A stretch of 31,091 nucleotides of DNA from Spirochaetales bacterium (lineage in GTDB: Bacteria; Spirochaetota; Spirochaetia; DSM-27196; SKKC01), in contig SKKC01000391.1 of assembly GCA_007121695.1 (NCBI GenBank), positions 1 to 31,091 on the forward strand, in the 5' to 3' direction. A program made the position numbers and the translations under genes. Positions 7,397-15,089 of the stretch are shown here, piece after piece (positions within the stretch are counted from its first letter, which is position 1; every line of letters starts with the position of its first letter). Below the pieces are notes generated by a model. The model was not told the DNA's origin. It saw only the letters and a list, made by a program, of their open reading frames with translations, and did no database searches.

Positions 7397-9785
7397 CTGT
7401 CGTGCTCCCTCTGTGCTCCATTCCGGCAAAGGCCTCGTCTATGTCGTCGCCGCAGACCATCGCAGCAATCAGTCGCGTGTAGGCGCTCTCTGTTGTCAGT
7501 GAGCCCATGGGTACCGCGCCTTCGCGCCACAGCGCATGACCGGTCACATATGACTGAAAGTCAACGACGCCTTCCTGCTGACTGGTGCAGTATATCCGTA
7601 CTCCCCGTCTGCGGGCTTCCTCGAAGGCAGCGCGCAGGCCGAAGGGCGAATGCCCGAGGTTCGCCGTACCGGTATCGTACAGCTCAAGCACGAACGCGGT
7701 AAACCCGGCGTCCATGAGTCGCACGAGGCTCTCGCTCCGCATACCGGGATAGATACGTGCGATGTGAACCTGCTGCATCGCTGCATCGAAACGTTCCGCG
7801 AGTTCTTCGGCGGGGACATCGGGCAGCGAAAACCCGGGCCACTGGTCAGGTCGATGATACTCTTCGTTCCATGTACGGAATCGGGCCGATGCAGTGTCTA
7901 CGCGTTCGAAGCGAAGGTTCACCGCAGGGTACACGCCGTCGGTAAGCGCGACGTGAACCGCGGGTGGCAACTCGATCGCTGCCTGCACCGCGGAGCGCAT
8001 GACCGCGGGAGCCTGTTCCGGCTGTACGGCGGCTGTCAGGACAACAGGCACCGGCGGGTTCGGAAAACACCAGCCGAGAAGCGCTGCTGTATAGGCAAGC
8101 GTATCGGTTCCATGGGACACGACAACTCCGCTCGACGATTCCTCCATTCGCTCCCGGATTGCAGCGACCAGCTGCGCCCAGTCACCGGGTGTAATCTCCT
8201 CGCTCAGAAACCCGCCCAGCGGGATCGCCTCAAAGCGTATGGAATCGGGAAGGTCAGGCTCGGATGCGAGCATGTCCGTCAGATCGCGCAGGGCACCCGC
8301 CTGCACCATGCCGTCGGGGCGTCGCTCGCCGCCGATCGCACCACCAAAGTCGAGTACGTACAGCGGCTCAACCGACAGGGCAGTCTTCAGCGCCTGCTGC
8401 AACGCGCGCGGCTCGGCGCGACCGGCGCTGCGCTTCATGGCCTCGCCGACAAGAAAGCCAAGCGGCCTGGCGTTCCCGGCGCGCACCGCCGACACCGCGT
8501 CCGGGTTGTCAGCGACAACCGCTGCGGCAAGGTCGGCAAGCGCTGCCGGATCGACGATCTGCTCCCATCCCTTTTCCTGAATTATCTCTTCCGGATCTCG
8601 GTCGAGTTCGAATACCGCTTCGAGCGTCTGTTTGGCGATCTTTCCGTGTATGCGGCTGGCCTGCAGAAGCGACAGCAACCGAGCCAGACGCGCCGGCGAA
8701 AGCGGGCTGTCGGCGAGGCTTACCGAATGCCGGTTCAGCAGCTTTCGTACGTCCGAGGTAAGCCAGGTCGCGACGGTACTCGCGTCGGCTCCTTCCTGAA
8801 TCACCGCCTCGAAGAAATCCGCCGTTTCCTTTTCGTCGCACAGGAGCTCGACGACTCTGTCGCCCAGATCGTAGGCCTGCCTGAGCCGTGCCATACGCGC
8901 CTGGGGAAGCTCGACCTGCGACGCTTTCAGCGTGGCGAGAAAGGCTTCGTCTGCCTCGACGACGGGCAGATCGGGTTCCGGGAAGTACCGGTAGTCGTGC
9001 GCGAGTTCCTTCGTCCGCATCGGCTCACTCTGATCCCGGTTCTCGTTCCACAGACGGGTTTCCACGGTGACCGTCCCGCCTCGCTCGAGAATGTCAGTCT
9101 GCCGATCTGTCTCGTACGCGAGCGCCTTGCGCACAAAGCGGGAACTGTTGAGGTTCTTGATCTCCACCTTGTTGCCAAGCGGCGCGCCTTCCGGTGCGAC
9201 GGACACGTTGGCGTCGCAGCGCATGCTGCCTTCCTCCATGTTCCCGTCGCATACACCGAGATAGCGCACCATGCGCCGAAGCTGCATCAGAAGCACTTCG
9301 GCTTCTTCGGCGATCTCGAGATCCGGTTCGGTCACGATTTCGAGCAGCGGCGTTCCCGCGCGGTTGTAGTCGAGCAGGGACATGTCGCCCGCGTGAACCA
9401 TTTTTCCTGCGTCTTCTTCGAGATGGCATTCGCTGATGCGCACTCGCCGGGTCTTTCCATGGAACTCGATATCGAGGTAGCCGTCGGTACCGATCGGCGC
9501 GCCGAACTGGCTTATCTGGTAGTTCTTGGGCAGGTCGGGATAGAAATAGTTCTTTCGCGCGAAGCGGGTATGCGGCGTCGGTGTGCAGTTCAACGCGAGT
9601 GCGACCTGATAGGCCATGCGCATGGCCTCGCCGTTCAGCGACGGAAGCACGCCGGGGTAGCCCATGCAGACCGGGCAGACATTCGTGTTCGGCTCGTCAC
9701 CGAAGGCAGCACGACATCCGCAGAAGATCTTGCTTTCTGTTAACAACTGTATGTGTATTTCAAGTCCGATTCTTGACGCGTACAT
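7389..9785 (-). CDS. gatB: Asp-tRNA(Asn)/Glu-tRNA(Gln) amidotransferase subunit B fused to a C-terminal L-asparaginase/GatD-like domain
   Basis: GatB motifs IGLEIHIQL, RKNYFYPDLPKNYQISQ, LEEDAGK, DYNRAGTPLLEIVTEP, GSMRCDANVS, DYRYFPEPDLP and a Yqey-like tail occupy about aa 1-472. The frame continues without a stop into FGGAIGG...LSEEITP..W...SHGTDTLAYTA...PVVLTA...IYPGM...GAVPMGSLTTESAYTRL (asparaginase fold). 798 aa from ATG 9785 (GAGG upstream). Confidence 0.95.
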   Translation of the reverse strand: MYASRIGLEIHIQLLTESKIFCGCRAAFGDEPNTNVCPVCMGYPGVLPSLNGEAMRMAYQVALALNCTPTPHTRFARKNYFYPDLPKNYQISQFGAPIGTDGYLDIEFHGKTRRVRISECHLEEDAGKMVHAGDMSLLDYNRAGTPLLEIVTEPDLEIAEEAEVLLMQLRRMVRYLGVCDGNMEEGSMRCDANVSVAPEGAPLGNKVEIKNLNSSRFVRKALAYETDRQTDILERGGTVTVETRLWNENRDQSEPMRTKELAHDYRYFPEPDLPVVEADEAFLATLKASQVELPQARMARLRQAYDLGDRVVELLCDEKETADFFEAVIQEGADASTVATWLTSDVRKLLNRHSVSLADSPLSPARLARLLSLLQASRIHGKIAKQTLEAVFELDRDPEEIIQEKGWEQIVDPAALADLAAAVVADNPDAVSAVRAGNARPLGFLVGEAMKRSAGRAEPRALQQALKTALSVEPLYVLDFGGAIGGERRPDGMVQAGALRDLTDMLASEPDLPDSIRFEAIPLGGFLSEEITPGDWAQLVAAIRERMEESSSGVVVSHGTDTLAYTAALLGWCFPNPPVPVVLTAAVQPEQAPAVMRSAVQAAIELPPAVHVALTDGVYPAVNLRFERVDTASARFRTWNEEYHRPDQWPGFSLPDVPAEELAERFDAAMQQVHIARIYPGMRSESLVRLMDAGFTAFVLELYDTGTANLGHSPFGLRAAFEEARRRGVRIYCTSQQEGVVDFQSYVTGHALWREGAVPMGSLTTESAYTRLIAAMVCGDDIDEAFAGMEHRGSTTDG
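7392..8370 (-). other. Asparaginase/glutaminase-like domain at the C-terminus of GatB (about aa 473-798)
   Basis: Both asparaginase signature regions are recognisable: GGAI in place of the consensus GGTI (Ala codon at 8337-8339) and HGTDT (Thr codon at 8106-8108). Confidence 0.88.
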
Positions 9786-9792
9786 AATGCCC

Positions 9793-11232
9793 TCAACTCC
9801 AGACCCGTGGATAGTTCGGCGGGGTCGGCGGTGGAAATACCCCGGCCAGTACCTTCGCAAGCCGTATCAGCCCGAAGTCGCCGCCTTTGGGCCCGGTCAA
9901 CTGCACACCCCCGGGCAAGCCGTCGTACACACCCGTCGGGAGCGCGAGAGCGGGAACGCCGGCGAGGTTGGCGACTGTCGTGTAGCGGTCGGCCTGCTTG
10001 CGCTGATACGGTGTCAGCCCATCGCTTCCCAGCGGAAACGCGAGCGTCGGAAATACCGGCGAAACCAGTACATCTACCCGCGTAAAAAGATCCTGCATAT
10101 CACGGCTGATGCGGGCCCGCAGTCGCTGTGCACGCCCGTAGTACTGATCGTGGAAGCCGCTCCTGAGCACGTAGGTCCCAAGCAGTATGCGCAGTTTCAC
10201 TTCGTCTCCAAGTCCGGTACTCCGCGACAGCCGGACGAGTTCGTCCGGGTTCTCTGCGTACAACGGACGCTCGCCGTAGCGCACTCCGTCGAAACGGGCG
10301 AGATTGGCTCCGGCTTCGGCAGTCGCAATGGTGTAATAGACGGCCGCGGCGTATTCAAGAACGGGCAGGTTTACGCGTTCCGTGTTCGCCCCCTGCGACT
10401 GCAGATACGTTTCAACGTCGCGTACCGCCTGTTGCACGGCAGGGTCGTCGGCCGTATCCGGTGCGAGCACACCCACGGTCAGGGCTTTCAGCCCGGGCGT
10501 CTCGCGCACCTGCATCGAGCGTATGTCTACAGACGTCTGGTCCTTTTCGTCCGACCCCGCGATGACGGAAAAAACAGACTCGAGTCTCTGCGGGGTGTCC
10601 GCGACGACACCGATCGTGTCCAGACTCGACGCGTAGGCGACGAGCCCGAAACGGCTGACAGCCCCGTAGGTCGGCTTCAACCCGTATACACCGCAAAAGG
10701 ACGCGGGCTGTCGAACCGACCCACCGGTATCTGACCCGAGCGCCACCGGTACCATGCCGGACGCCACGGCAGCGGCGGACCCACCGCTTGAACCGCCCGC
10801 TGTTCGCGACAGATCCCATGGGTTTCTGGTCGCAGACAGCGTACTCGTATCGGTGGCGGAACCCATGCCAAACTCATCGAGACTGGTCTTGCCGACAATC
10901 CGGGCACCGGCTTCTTTCAGCTGTGCGACCGCAGTTGCGTCGTAGGGGCTTTCGAACTGTTCAAGCAGTTTCGATCCGCAGGTCAGGCGAAAATCGCGTA
11001 CCGCGATGTTATCCTTGACTGCGACGGGCAGGCCCGCGAGCGGACCCTCGCCGGGATCTTCCGGAGCAGGAGAACGAAACTCCAGAAACGCTTCGAGCTC
11101 TCCGTTTCTCGCGTCGACGGTTGCACCATATTCGCTGACCGTGTCGGCTGTATTCAGGACGGTTTTCCAGTCGGCTTGCACCACGTGCTCCTTTATCTCG
11201 TAACCGGAAGCCCGGATACCGGGCTCGGCCAC
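9793..11232 (-). CDS. gatA: Asp-tRNA(Asn)/Glu-tRNA(Gln) amidotransferase subunit A
   Basis: Amidase signature with intact Ser-cisSer-Lys triad: VAVKDNI, GGSSGGSAAAVA, GSDTGGSVRQPA; also ARFDGVRYG and EVKLRILLGTYVLRSG. Confidence 0.97.
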   Translation of the reverse strand: MAEPGIRASGYEIKEHVVQADWKTVLNTADTVSEYGATVDARNGELEAFLEFRSPAPEDPGEGPLAGLPVAVKDNIAVRDFRLTCGSKLLEQFESPYDATAVAQLKEAGARIVGKTSLDEFGMGSATDTSTLSATRNPWDLSRTAGGSSGGSAAAVASGMVPVALGSDTGGSVRQPASFCGVYGLKPTYGAVSRFGLVAYASSLDTIGVVADTPQRLESVFSVIAGSDEKDQTSVDIRSMQVRETPGLKALTVGVLAPDTADDPAVQQAVRDVETYLQSQGANTERVNLPVLEYAAAVYYTIATAEAGANLARFDGVRYGERPLYAENPDELVRLSRSTGLGDEVKLRILLGTYVLRSGFHDQYYGRAQRLRARISRDMQDLFTRVDVLVSPVFPTLAFPLGSDGLTPYQRKQADRYTTVANLAGVPALALPTGVYDGLPGGVQLTGPKGGDFGLIRLAKVLAGVFPPPTPPNYPRVWS

Positions 11233-11253
11233 GGTTCCGGAGCCTGTCAGTCG

Positions 11254-11532
11254 TCAGAGTACATTCGGAATGACAATGTAGCGGTCCTCTATCTCGGGAC
11301 CACGATCAATGAGGGCGTCGGCGTCACAAAAGCGGCTCAACACATCGTCCCGGAGGGCCGTGACGGGGCGAACAGGTACGTCTGCTTCGGCCCCGGAATC
11401 GATGTCGGCATCGGCCATGAGGTCGAAATACTGAAGCATGCGCTTCACTTCGTCCGCAAAGCGTGTCTGTTCTTCGTCCGAGAGATCGAGTTTGGCCAGT
11501 GCTGCGGTTATGGAAAGTTCCGTGTCACCCAC
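11254..11532 (-). CDS. gatC: Amidotransferase subunit C
   Basis: 92 aa; ALAKLDLSDEE...LRDD...YIVIPNVL pattern; lies directly upstream of gatA. Confidence 0.9.
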   Translation of the reverse strand: MGDTELSITAALAKLDLSDEEQTRFADEVKRMLQYFDLMADADIDSGAEADVPVRPVTALRDDVLSRFCDADALIDRGPEIEDRYIVIPNVL

Positions 11533-11540
11533 GGCTGAAA

Positions 11541-11569
11541 GGTTTACTAGGTCACCGGAAGGCTGTCAA
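11541..11569 (-). promoter_or_regulatory. sigma70 promoter of the gatC-gatA-gatB-aspS operon
   Basis: Perfect -35 TTGACA (11569-11564), 17-nt spacer, -10 TAAACC(T); only 8 nt separate it from the GTG start. Confidence 0.55.
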
Positions 11570-11615
11570 CCACACGAAAACAACACTTTCGGGGGGATTA
11601 TCGACATTTTCTTGT

Positions 11616-11645
11616 TTGACGGGCGTTTCCGTCATAAAGTATGTT
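11616..11645 (+). promoter_or_regulatory. sigma70 promoter of the GH63-like gene with an overlapping inverted repeat
   Basis: TTGACG-N18-TATGTT; the inverted repeat TGACGG-N6-CCGTCA overlaps the -35; SD-like GAGAGG lies before GTG 11694. Confidence 0.5.
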
Positions 11646-11693
11646 TCAGTACTCTGGCCGGAGCCCGGCCGCGCATAATATGAGAGGTTACAG

Positions 11694-13115
11694 GTGACAA
11701 AAAGAGAGTTCCCGACCATACATTTTTACGATCAGGATTTTGTCGACCTGTATAATCAGACCTGGACCTGGATGGATGATTTCCAGAAGAAAGGGACCAC
11801 ACGGAATAAACTGCAGCCGAAGTATCTGAACTATCCTTCGTCCGAGACGGTCAATCAGTTCGACGCGTGCTTTTCCACCTTTTATCTGGTGTATTCGAAC
11901 CGCATCTACTCGGCGGCCGCGCAGCTGGACAACTTCTACGGCCGCCAGGAAAAAGACGGTGCAATTCGAGGGGAGTACTCGCTGAAAGACGGAAAACCGG
12001 TTACTACGCGAGATAACCCGGAATGCGTGCACCCACCGCTGTTCGCGTGGGCCGAGTACAACCTGTACCACAAGATAGGAAACAAGAAGCGAATCAAGGA
12101 AATCATGCCCATACTCGAAGCGTATTTCGAGTGGCTCGAGGCGACCTTCAAACAGGAAAATGGCCTGTACGCGGCACCGCTTCACGCGACGACCATGACC
12201 AACTCGCCACGGAAAAAATCGAAATATCCTGTCGACTTCAACGCCCAGCAGGCCATAAACGCGCTGTACATGTCCGAACTCGGCGACATCCTGAACGATA
12301 AGGACATCAGCTTTAAATACAAGCGTCATTATTTCAGTCTGAAAACCCGCATCAACTCGCTCATGTGGAACGACGACGCGGGATTCTACTTTGATCTCGA
12401 CAGCAAGGAAGAGCAGGTACAGGTAAAGACCATCGCAGGCTTCTGGCCGCTGCTGGGCGAGATACCGAACGAAGCGAAGAGCGACCCGCTTATCCGCCAC
12501 GTGCGCGACCCGGAAACATTCGGAACCGAAAACCCCTTCCCCACCGTTGCGGCGAACGAACCGGATTTTGACGAAAACGGAACCGGTTACAAGGGTTCGG
12601 TCTATCCTCCCTTTACATTCATGGTAATCAAGGGACTGGAAAAGTACGGGCAGTTCGAACTTGCCCGGGAATGCGCGATCAGACACCTGTATTACATTCT
12701 CGATACGCTTCACCCCGAGGGGAAGGACAAGGGCAACGTCTGGGAGGCCTACCTGCCTCGCAAGGATGGTCCGTCGAAATGGAGAGGCAAGGCGGGCTTT
12801 CCCCGCCCCATGTTCCTGACCTACACCGCTCTTTCTTCCGTGGCGCTCATGATAGAGAACGTGATCGGACTGTATATCAGCCTGCCGCGCAAGACGGTCG
12901 ACTGGATCATTCCCACGCTTGAAATCATGGGCATAGAGAATCTCTCGCTCAAGCGGAACCTCGTCACCATTCTCAGCAACAAGACTTCACGCGGCTGGGA
13001 GATTCGTCTCGAGAGCGAGAAGCTCTATTACTTCACCATCGACATCCTGCGGCACAAGAAGAAAACACTGCCCATTCCCTCGGGCAAGTGCTCCATGCTT
13101 ATCGACAAGCTCTAA
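11694..13115 (+). CDS. GH63/MGH1-like (trehalase-like) (alpha/alpha)6-barrel glycoside hydrolase family protein
   Basis: NQFDACF, HPPLFAWAEY, TNSPR, LMWNDDAGFYFD, KTIAGFWPLL, YKGSVYPPFTFMVIKGLEKYG, VWEAYLP motifs typical of GH63/GH37-clan barrels. Confidence 0.75.
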   Translation: MTKREFPTIHFYDQDFVDLYNQTWTWMDDFQKKGTTRNKLQPKYLNYPSSETVNQFDACFSTFYLVYSNRIYSAAAQLDNFYGRQEKDGAIRGEYSLKDGKPVTTRDNPECVHPPLFAWAEYNLYHKIGNKKRIKEIMPILEAYFEWLEATFKQENGLYAAPLHATTMTNSPRKKSKYPVDFNAQQAINALYMSELGDILNDKDISFKYKRHYFSLKTRINSLMWNDDAGFYFDLDSKEEQVQVKTIAGFWPLLGEIPNEAKSDPLIRHVRDPETFGTENPFPTVAANEPDFDENGTGYKGSVYPPFTFMVIKGLEKYGQFELARECAIRHLYYILDTLHPEGKDKGNVWEAYLPRKDGPSKWRGKAGFPRPMFLTYTALSSVALMIENVIGLYISLPRKTVDWIIPTLEIMGIENLSLKRNLVTILSNKTSRGWEIRLESEKLYYFTIDILRHKKKTLPIPSGKCSMLIDKL

Positions 13116-13813
13116 GCGTCAGACTCGCCTTCGGCGGCCCGGGCCTTCGCGCGTTTCTTTATCGCGGCTCCTAAAAGCGTAATGCGCTTTCCGGGTGCCA
13201 CACCGGTCGGACAGACCCGTGAACAGCTGAAGTTTTTGGTGCAGCGCTCCACCCCGCGAGCGTCTGCGGCGAGATCGAGCCACCTGTCGGCCTCGTGGGG
13301 AGATTTTTCGACCATGCGGTGTATCGAAGCGAGCGCTGCCGGTCCCATCCAGTCCTCGGTCACGGGACAGCTGGTCACGCACAGCCCGCACTCGATGCAG
13401 TTTTCGAAGCGCTCGTAGTGCTCCATGCCCTCGGGAACTGCAGCGTCGGTGTTCACGTCGCTCACCCGGGTGTAGGTAATGTCGTCCGGAAACTCGTTAA
13501 AGAACTCCGCCGGATCGAAGGCTAAGTCACCGATCTGATGCATGGTCGGCAGCGGCTCGATACGCACCGGCTGATCCTCGGGAATGTCGGCGAGGCGCTT
13601 GATGCACGCGAGCACGAACTCCCCGTTCACCGCCACACCACAGGTGCCACAGGACCCGTGATGGCATGACTGCCGGAACATGAGATCCGGTTCTTCCTGA
13701 AGCCGGATGTATTCGAGTGCGTCTATGATCGTCGTCCGTTCGTTGTACGGCACCGTAAATTCGCTGACCTTCTGTGTGGCCGTCCGGTACACTGCAACCG
13801 TTCGTTCATTCAT
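13112..13813 (-). CDS. Succinate dehydrogenase/fumarate reductase iron-sulfur subunit-like protein (SdhB/FrdB family)
   Basis: [2Fe-2S] motif SCHHGSCGTCG...LAC; CIECGLCVTSCP; CTKNFSCSRVCP; family motifs TIIDALEYI, IEPL, MGPAAL. Confidence 0.9.
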   Translation of the reverse strand: MNERTVAVYRTATQKVSEFTVPYNERTTIIDALEYIRLQEEPDLMFRQSCHHGSCGTCGVAVNGEFVLACIKRLADIPEDQPVRIEPLPTMHQIGDLAFDPAEFFNEFPDDITYTRVSDVNTDAAVPEGMEHYERFENCIECGLCVTSCPVTEDWMGPAALASIHRMVEKSPHEADRWLDLAADARGVERCTKNFSCSRVCPTGVAPGKRITLLGAAIKKRAKARAAEGESDA

Positions 13814-15006
13814 ACGAGTACTCCCTGGCGAAAAAAGTGACGGTAGTTCGGAAGAGGTTCACTGGCGGTCCGGCAGGGTGTATCCACGTCGAACAGGTCG
13901 CATACAACGTCAACCGTCTTTTCACCCATGGCTCTGAGCGTCGTTGCCTTACCTCCGGTCAGGCTCAGCATGCCTTCGACGTTGTCGAGCTTCGCGTGAT
14001 CGCGAACGTCGAAGTCCCGACTGAGTTCCCGCCCCTCCTCTTCGGTCGACGACGCTCCAGCCAGAGGACGAACAGCAGCCCACGCCTTGTGATACGCAGT
14101 CTCCTTGAAGTCCGGCACCATCTCGATTGCTGCCTTCGTGAGAAACTCGACGTCGGCGTCGGGCACCGTACAGTCGTCCGGGTCGTCGGTCTGCCACTGC
14201 GTCGATCCGATAATGGACAGTCCTCGCTGCGGAACCAGAATGTCGCCGTCACTCGCAGGCCGCAGCCGCTCGATTATGTTGTTTACGAGCCGCCCCTGAT
14301 GCGCGAGCATGGTGCCGGGGGCCGGAGTAATCGGCAGCTCTATGTCGGCCATGGCGGCGAGTCGACCGGCCCAGCCGCCTGTCGCGTTGATCACCAGATC
14401 GCATTTCACCGTTTCGTCGGCGCCGGTACGAAGGTCGTGTACCGTCACCCCAGCGATCCTGCGGCCCTCGAATACGAGCGACTCCACCCGCGTAAAGTTG
14501 CGAATAACGGCGCCGAGTTTCCGCGCTCCTGCGAAAAAGTGCATGGGCAGACGGTACGCGTCGAGGGTTCCGTCCGGCACCATTACGCCGCCGAGAAGTC
14601 CGGGATTCAAACGGGGTTCCATGGCGAGAACCTGCTCGGAGGTCAGCCACTGCGCGGGTATGTCTGCTTCAGCGCAGGCCTGTTCGAAGGTTTCGCGGAA
14701 CGCCAGCTCTTCTTCGTCAAAGGCGACGAATATACCGCGATTCGCTTCTATGGCTTCGGGAGCAATGCGCGTGAGAATACGCACCTCGTCCATGCATTCC
14801 CTGCCGACTTCCCGGTCCTTCACTACGTAGCGGGCTCCGGAGTGCAGAAGCCCGTGATGGCGGCCCGTCGAGCCACAGGTCAGTTCGCCGCGCTCGAACA
14901 GCGTTGCCTTGAATCCGCGTTGTACAAGATCGTAGAGGATTGCAGCGCCGGTGCCCCCGCCGCCCACAACGACCACGTGCGTATCTGATGCATTGCTCAT
15001 ACGCAT
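13810..15006 (-). CDS. FAD-dependent glycerol-3-phosphate dehydrogenase subunit A-like flavoprotein (short form without the C-terminal Fe-S domain)
   Basis: VVVGGGGTG Rossmann motif; GSTGRHHGLLHSGARY..KD.E..RECM.E closely resembles the anaerobic GlpA motif; also DGTLDAYRL, LTGGKATTLRAMGEKTVD. Ends at 398 aa. Start could be 15006 or 15000. Confidence 0.85.
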   Translation of the reverse strand: MRMSNASDTHVVVVGGGGTGAAILYDLVQRGFKATLFERGELTCGSTGRHHGLLHSGARYVVKDREVGRECMDEVRILTRIAPEAIEANRGIFVAFDEEELAFRETFEQACAEADIPAQWLTSEQVLAMEPRLNPGLLGGVMVPDGTLDAYRLPMHFFAGARKLGAVIRNFTRVESLVFEGRRIAGVTVHDLRTGADETVKCDLVINATGGWAGRLAAMADIELPITPAPGTMLAHQGRLVNNIIERLRPASDGDILVPQRGLSIIGSTQWQTDDPDDCTVPDADVEFLTKAAIEMVPDFKETAYHKAWAAVRPLAGASSTEEEGRELSRDFDVRDHAKLDNVEGMLSLTGGKATTLRAMGEKTVDVVCDLFDVDTPCRTASEPLPNYRHFFRQGVLV

Positions 15007-15061
15007 TGTGCGCGTAGAAAGGATTCCTTGCGCGTCGTTGTTGTGTTTTCCACCGTCTGTC

Positions 15062-15089
15062 AGGCTATCAGATTGACTGTTTTTGTCAA
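15062..15089 (-). promoter_or_regulatory. sigma70 promoter of the glpA-like/sdhB-like pair with a perfect inverted repeat over the -35
   Basis: Minus strand TTGACA-N16-TAGCCT with extended -10 TG; palindrome TTGAC-N7-GTCAA at 15073-15089. Confidence 0.55.

Noticed and set aside
7650-9743. 697-aa plus-strand ORF antisense to gatB, and similar long antisense ORFs (186-950, 2847-3917, 6197-7372, 9664-10734, 13774-14988, 17568-18656, 18662-20389)
   Set aside because: They lie exactly opposite well-supported genes, have no recognisable motifs, and are expected shadow ORFs in GC-rich DNA.
11533-11693. T-box riboswitch upstream of gatCAB-aspS
   Set aside because: No T-box consensus or terminator/antiterminator was seen, and the promoter lies only about 8 nt from the gatC start, leaving no room for a leader.
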